Shown here piece after piece: positions 59,437 to 64,000 of a stretch of DNA of 64,000 bases (within the stretch, counting starts at the first letter, position 1; every line of letters starts with the position of its first letter). Made by a program: the position numbers and the translations under genes. This stretch comes from Nitrosopumilaceae archaeon. GTDB taxonomy: Archaea > Thermoproteota > Nitrososphaeria > Nitrososphaerales > Nitrosopumilaceae. Under the pieces are notes generated by a model. That model was not told the DNA's origin, did not search any database, and saw only the letters and a list, made by a program, of their open reading frames with translations. The DNA is taken from assembly GCA_052389415.1 (NCBI GenBank), contig JBQTHX010000034.1, positions 1 to 64,000 of the forward strand. The letters are read 5' to 3'.

Positions 59437-60141
59437 ATGAAAGAACAAGATTCATCCTTAAAATCTGTTGACGAACCAAAGCTGTCTATTTTTAAGACAT
59501 TCAAAACAAGGAGAGAGAATCTAACTGGCGAGGCAATGCGTCAAAGATCAATCATAGCAAATCTTGCAACTGAGTCAAGACACATGATGAATACAAGGAC
59601 TTCTTTAGCTCATAAAGTTGCAGAAAAGGGAAATACAGTGTGGCAAAATGTTTATTCCGGAATTTTTAGAGATCTTGATGAGGTCTTGCTTCCATTGGGA
59701 ATTGTGGAGGAAGCAGGAAGGTTACCTCTAAAGCGAGGCCCAAAGGTTTTGCAAGAACATGGCATACCATATTACAAACTCACAGAGAGTGGCATGCTGG
59801 TAGCTACATCCCTTGATGAACTAAAGGATGAAAGGATAGAGATCCTAAAGAAATTCTTAGAGAATTATGAAATAAAAGAGGAAGAATTCAAAGAAGTGAT
59901 TCTTACACTCCTGAATGTGGCGCCAAATTTTGTCTTTGCGTTACTTAGAAAATATGTTGAAGCATATGTTGATAAAAAGTTAGAGAAGCTTACTCCGTTT
60001 AATTCAAATCGCTTGAAATATGCGCTTGATAAATCGTTGTCTACTTATGTTGAACTTTTAGAGGGTTTTTCTTCCTTGACAAGTTCTGAACGTGAATCTA
60101 TAATCAATTTTTTCCAATCAAATCTTATCTCCAAACATTAA
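59437..60141 (+). CDS. Conserved hypothetical protein, probable winged-helix DNA-binding regulator
   Basis: TRTSLA..VA...W.NVYSGIFRDLDE.L..LGIVEE.G...YYKLTESG resembles the wHTH recognition helix plus wing. Confidence 0.65.
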   Translation: MKEQDSSLKSVDEPKLSIFKTFKTRRENLTGEAMRQRSIIANLATESRHMMNTRTSLAHKVAEKGNTVWQNVYSGIFRDLDEVLLPLGIVEEAGRLPLKRGPKVLQEHGIPYYKLTESGMLVATSLDELKDERIEILKKFLENYEIKEEEFKEVILTLLNVAPNFVFALLRKYVEAYVDKKLEKLTPFNSNRLKYALDKSLSTYVELLEGFSSLTSSERESIINFFQSNLISKH

Positions 60142-60167
60142 AATCCTAACTAAAGAGAAGTTACATA

Positions 60168-61214
60168 ATGGGCATAGGTGCTCCCCAGAAAATATTTGGT
60201 TCAGTAAAATCATTTAGTGCCCGTGGCAGGTTACTTGGAAAAGGAGAATTGCAAACACTGGCCGAATCACGAAATCTGGATGAACTTGTAACAAGAATAA
60301 AGAGTACGGTATACATTAATGCTGTATCAAAAATTACAAAACCAATCACCGCCGAAAAAATTGAATCAGCTCTTAGGAGTCATCTTGCGGATATCCATTT
60401 TTCATTAGCAAAATCTGTGGGCGGAGGCTCTGAAATCCTAAATGTATACTATCTAAAATTCTTGATTTGGAATTTGAAGCTTATTTTCAAAGGAAAAGTA
60501 TTAGGAAGATCCTATGAAGAAATAGAACCATATGTAAATTTGCATGCTGAAGAATTGATAGGCAGACGTGACATGGTAGTAAAAGCACTTGTAGCAAAGG
60601 ATATCGAGGAGGCTGTATCAAGTCTTGCCGCGAGTGAGTTTGGTGAAGAGATTGCAAAAGCGGTTACATTGTATAATGAAAAAAAGAATCTTCAAGTATT
60701 TGATACGTATTTAGACAAAGTTTTTTACAAACAACTAGACAGTGCAGTAAAAGCATCTGGAGAACATGATCTTGTACATTTGATAAGTTTGGATATTGAT
60801 TTTTACAATATACTTAGCATTTTACGCGGAAAGTTCTGGGGCCTTGATGAACAACACATCCTGGATCTTATTGTAACACAAACCGGATCAGCGCCTAAAG
60901 ATTTGCTTGGGAGAATGATTAGTGCAGAATCTGTAAAAGATGCAATGTCAGAATTGTCAAGTACTGCTTACAAGGAATTGATTCCACAAACCGATAATCC
61001 TATTGATGCGTTATCAGAATTTGAAAGAGCTTTTGAACTTGCTATTTACAAAGCAATTAACAGGACTTTTTCACGAATGTTTAGCTTTGCTACTGTGATT
61101 GGAATATTGAAGCTTACAACCTATGAAATAAGAAACCTATCTGCAATCGCGTTTGCAGTAGAACAACAAATACCAGTACAATCAGTAATGACAAAACTTG
61201 TTATCGAAGAGTAG
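60168..61214 (+). CDS. atpC: A-type ATP synthase subunit C (d)
   Basis: R..LL....L.E...L.E, ID.YN...LRGK and YEIRNL.AI motifs. Confidence 0.88.
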   Translation: MGIGAPQKIFGSVKSFSARGRLLGKGELQTLAESRNLDELVTRIKSTVYINAVSKITKPITAEKIESALRSHLADIHFSLAKSVGGGSEILNVYYLKFLIWNLKLIFKGKVLGRSYEEIEPYVNLHAEELIGRRDMVVKALVAKDIEEAVSSLAASEFGEEIAKAVTLYNEKKNLQVFDTYLDKVFYKQLDSAVKASGEHDLVHLISLDIDFYNILSILRGKFWGLDEQHILDLIVTQTGSAPKDLLGRMISAESVKDAMSELSSTAYKELIPQTDNPIDALSEFERAFELAIYKAINRTFSRMFSFATVIGILKLTTYEIRNLSAIAFAVEQQIPVQSVMTKLVIEE

Positions 61215-61469
61215 CAGTATTGTATAATTGATAGATTCCAATAAAAAATTCATGATTTTTGTTTATTTGTTAATATGTGATTAAAAAAATTCTGTCTTTT
61301 AGAGCCACAAAAATGAATATACTTTGATAATCTCATATCCTTTATCAGATTTTAACAAAGAATTACAATATTTTGTTTATTAGATATAAAATAACACATA
61401 TAAAAAAAATATAAGAAAAATTTCATACTACGTAAATTTATAACCAATTTTTCACGATTATTATATGAA

Positions 61470-61763
61470 ATGATGTTGTCTGATCAAAAAAATTTAACAT
61501 TGATTACCCATACGCCAGTTAGACAAGATAGTCAGATGTTTAGAAAAAAACAAGAATTGAGCGTTGAGACTATTGTTAACACAGCCTGGGTAAGTACATT
61601 TCTTGCCCTGATACTAACAATCCCTTCTCTGGTGATATTTATGGGAATCTACTTTAGTACAGGAAATATCCTGTTAGGCGTATTGGTTGGTTTTGGCCTT
61701 CACTTTGTAGGCCTTGGTTATTCTGACAAGATATCAAAAGGACTTTTACGATTAGTGAGCTAA
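61470..61763 (+). CDS. Small two-TM hypothetical membrane protein
   Basis: IVN.AW..TFL..ILTIP and G...GFG.HF; start may be the downstream ATG (MFRKK). Confidence 0.7.
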   Translation: MMLSDQKNLTLITHTPVRQDSQMFRKKQELSVETIVNTAWVSTFLALILTIPSLVIFMGIYFSTGNILLGVLVGFGLHFVGLGYSDKISKGLLRLVS

Positions 61764-61797
61764 ATATATTACAGACACAGAACTAGGAATACCCACC

Positions 61798-62445
61798 TTG
61801 ATGGGAGATAGAAATTACAGACACGTTATTACAGATGTATTAGAACGCATAAGTCATGATACAAAACTAGAAATTGAAAAGAATACCAAAATAATTCACT
61901 TTTCTGAAGTCGTAAGATGTTTGCGTCGTTCATATTTTGATCGAATAGATCCAATGGAACCAAAAGGACTCAGATTTTCGGATCTATTTAGAGAATTAAT
62001 AAGAAAGATGCCATATGGTTCAATTCAGGGAGAATTCTCTGTAGACCCTGTAAAAATAAAGATTATTGCAGACATGATGGTTGACGACATTGTCATAATC
62101 TTTCGCCCAGTTTCTAAACTACCAGAAAAACTAATTCCCAGTGATGCGCTCTATCTGAATGCATGTCTTTGGATTCTCAAGAAGACTGATGGAATAGTAT
62201 TATATCTTACAGAAAACGGTGACGAGGTATCATTTACTTTGATTCGTGATAATAAGATGTTTGAAGAATCTATACGTAGAGTAAAAATTTTGAATAGCTT
62301 GCTTGAAGAGAAAAAAATTCCAGTTCTAGAACCATCGTCAGAGTGCAACACTTGTCAGTATTATGAAAAATGCTATGCCAAGGAAAAGAAACCAGTTAGT
62401 TTCTCTATAGAGTCTTTGCTAGGTTTTAAGGATAAAGAAGATTAA
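61798..62445 (+). CDS. Solo Cas4-like protein (Fe-S staple Cys; degenerate nuclease motifs)
   Basis: IH.SEV..C.RRSYF and C-terminal EC..C.Y...C; no cas genes or array nearby. Confidence 0.75.
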   Translation: MMGDRNYRHVITDVLERISHDTKLEIEKNTKIIHFSEVVRCLRRSYFDRIDPMEPKGLRFSDLFRELIRKMPYGSIQGEFSVDPVKIKIIADMMVDDIVIIFRPVSKLPEKLIPSDALYLNACLWILKKTDGIVLYLTENGDEVSFTLIRDNKMFEESIRRVKILNSLLEEKKIPVLEPSSECNTCQYYEKCYAKEKKPVSFSIESLLGFKDKED

Positions 62446-62469
62446 AAAATTTCGAAGGGAATTGGTTCC

Positions 62470-62586
62470 CTATTCTGGGCCAGTAGCTGCAACTGAGTGG
62501 CCTTTGCCGCGTAATGCAAATAACAATACACCAAAGGCGATGAATACGCCTGTAGTTATTGTATATGCTATCATCAATTCTGCCAT
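62470..62586 (-). CDS. Single-TM small protein (38 aa)
   Basis: MAELMIAYTITTGVFIAFGVLLFALRGKGHSVAATGPE from ATG 62586; TATA-like element upstream. Confidence 0.6.
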   Translation of the reverse strand: MAELMIAYTITTGVFIAFGVLLFALRGKGHSVAATGPE

Positions 62587-62687
62587 GTTAAGGAATTTCC
62601 TTTCTAGAATCTTATATCGTTTATCTAAATAAGTTTCATTTTTTACAAATAATCTCATTTTTTGGATTTTATGATATTAAAGGCATC

Positions 62688-63245
62688 TCATTTGACAAAA
62701 TCAAAGACTACCGAGTCTGCCAATCCACTAAATGCAGAAGTTGTGCTATAGAACGCTTCACCATGGATTCTCCATTGTGGAGTACCCTCTTGCAAAGTTA
62801 ACCAAAATTCTGGATTGTTTCCTGTGTTTTTGATTGTGATTTTATTGCTTATAGCAAGTGATGATTTGGATAAAACCGTATAATAATTTGAACTTGCGTA
62901 TTGTCCAGAGAGCCTTTCTCCAATTTGTCCATATCCAACTTTTACATCATTTTCAAAAATATCAAAACTTATCATTTCTAACAAGATTGGTTTATCATTT
63001 GGATTTGAAATGTCAAATTCAAACTCTAATTCAGTTTCTTTTTCGGATACTGACAGGACAGAAATATTGTTTAGCTGAACACTTAGTGGTTGAATTTCTG
63101 AAGAAATGGTATTTAGTGTGCCTGGAAGTTTAACATCTTTTGGCACGATACTCTTCAGGAGATCTGAGCCTGGCAAAACTGCGACAGCTATTATGATTGC
63201 AGCAAAAATTCCAACCGCTATGCCTACTATAGGTTTTCTGTTCAC
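62688..63245 (-). CDS. Membrane-anchored LEA14/WHy-like protein
   Basis: N-terminal TM; F.I.NPN...I.L..I.F.I..N...VG.G pattern. Confidence 0.75.
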   Translation of the reverse strand: MNRKPIVGIAVGIFAAIIIAVAVLPGSDLLKSIVPKDVKLPGTLNTISSEIQPLSVQLNNISVLSVSEKETELEFEFDISNPNDKPILLEMISFDIFENDVKVGYGQIGERLSGQYASSNYYTVLSKSSLAISNKITIKNTGNNPEFWLTLQEGTPQWRIHGEAFYSTTSAFSGLADSVVFDFVK

Positions 63246-63320
63246 TAAACTTATGAAATTAGTTCTTCTCTTAAACGTTGAGTTGAAAAGGCTTTAATTA
63301 AAACTTGAGAAAATAATTTT

Positions 63321-63635
63321 GTGCAATATCATCAAGCAGTAAGAATAGGACAGGAAAGGGCTAGGAAATCTCAGATGAATCTTTTCAATCATGCAGGATT
63401 TGCTATGTTAACACTTACTGTAAAAAAATCAGAAGGAAAGTTTGTTCCAGTTGGAGAAAAGGAGTTTGTCGCAGTTGTGAGCAAATATGATGGGTGGCTT
63501 GCTGTCATCGTTGATGAGGAAGGATATGCAAAAGCACAATCCAAAGTTATGGAAGAGGAAGCAGCACGGGAGATTATGAAAAAAGCCATATCTGCAGGAA
63601 TTCCTGAATATGATGGAAAAGTCAAGCTAGTATAA
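63321..63635 (+). CDS. Conserved hypothetical protein
   Basis: 104 aa ORF with its own TATA-like box; no family recognised. Confidence 0.7.
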   Translation: MQYHQAVRIGQERARKSQMNLFNHAGFAMLTLTVKKSEGKFVPVGEKEFVAVVSKYDGWLAVIVDEEGYAKAQSKVMEEEAAREIMKKAISAGIPEYDGKVKLV

Positions 63636-64000
63636 TTTCAGTTCCTTCGGGAGAACCTTTTATTGCCTTTTCTAAGATCTTGATATCTGTCTTTATAATT
63701 CGTGTCTTGATTTTTGACCTTTCAATTACCTTCAATGCTACTATATCCATCAGATCGTAACCGCCAGCAATCGATTCTTGATGTACAAGCATTTTGCGAA
63801 GTTGTTTAATCTCAATTCGTTTGAACTTTTTTGCGTTCTTATTTTTGTTAGGATCAGAATCATAGATTCCGTCTACATCTGTCGCATTCAGAAATATTGA
63901 AGCATGAACTTTCTCTGCAATAAGAGCAGCAGTGGCGTTTGTGCTCTGACCTGGATGAAGACCACCAGTTATGACAATTAGTCCACTATCAGCTGCGTGT
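63622..64000 (-). CDS. pyrH: UMP kinase (C-terminal part; runs off the window edge)
   Basis: Manual translation ...[18 protein letters not shown]...[13 protein letters not shown]...[10 protein letters not shown]...GTEI; stop at 63622. Confidence 0.93.
   Translation of the reverse strand, partial: HAADSGLIVITGGLHPGQSTNATAALIAEKVHASIFLNATDVDGIYDSDPNKNKNAKKFKRIEIKQLRKMLVHQESIAGGYDLMDIVALKVIERSKIKTRIIKTDIKILEKAIKGSPEGTEIILA

Noticed and set aside
61215-62690. CRISPR array or leader near the Cas4-like gene
   Set aside because: No repeat-spacer periodicity and no other cas genes; 61215-61469 is just AT-rich intergenic DNA.

Overview
AT-rich archaeal chromosome segment with the gene content and order typical of ammonia-oxidising archaea (Nitrososphaeria/Thaumarchaeota, Nitrosopumilales-like; recognised from protein families and thaumarchaeal sorting signals, not from a search). 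It is mostly core genome: late cobalamin genes (cobD-cbiP-cbiB-cobS-cobY), the archaeal riboflavin cluster, ribosomal and RNA-processing genes, tRNA-Gly(TCC), a B12-dependent class II ribonucleotide reductase, thiolase/DUF35, pyrBI, pyrH, a split A-type ATP synthase locus and an Amt transporter. A ~13 kb cluster (35.7-48.4 kb) encodes exported copper/zinc-related surface proteins. I found no CRISPR array, integrase or transposase. Best leads: (1) an HTH + ATP-cone + class III RNR-fold protein with no glycyl-radical motif directly upstream of nrdJ, a possible pseudo-enzyme nucleotide sensor; (2) an unnamed winged-helix protein divergent from amt with four TATCATA half-sites between them; (3) a NikR variant with an altered metal site and a perfect spaced palindrome upstream of a ZnuABC-type operon; (4) an amidohydrolase filling the ArfB gap in the riboflavin operon; (5) three genes that appear to need ACG, CTG or ATA starts; (6) small ORFs missed by the ORF track, including a 43-aa ORF coupled to atpD. 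All functional calls come from motif recognition; no database searches were run.
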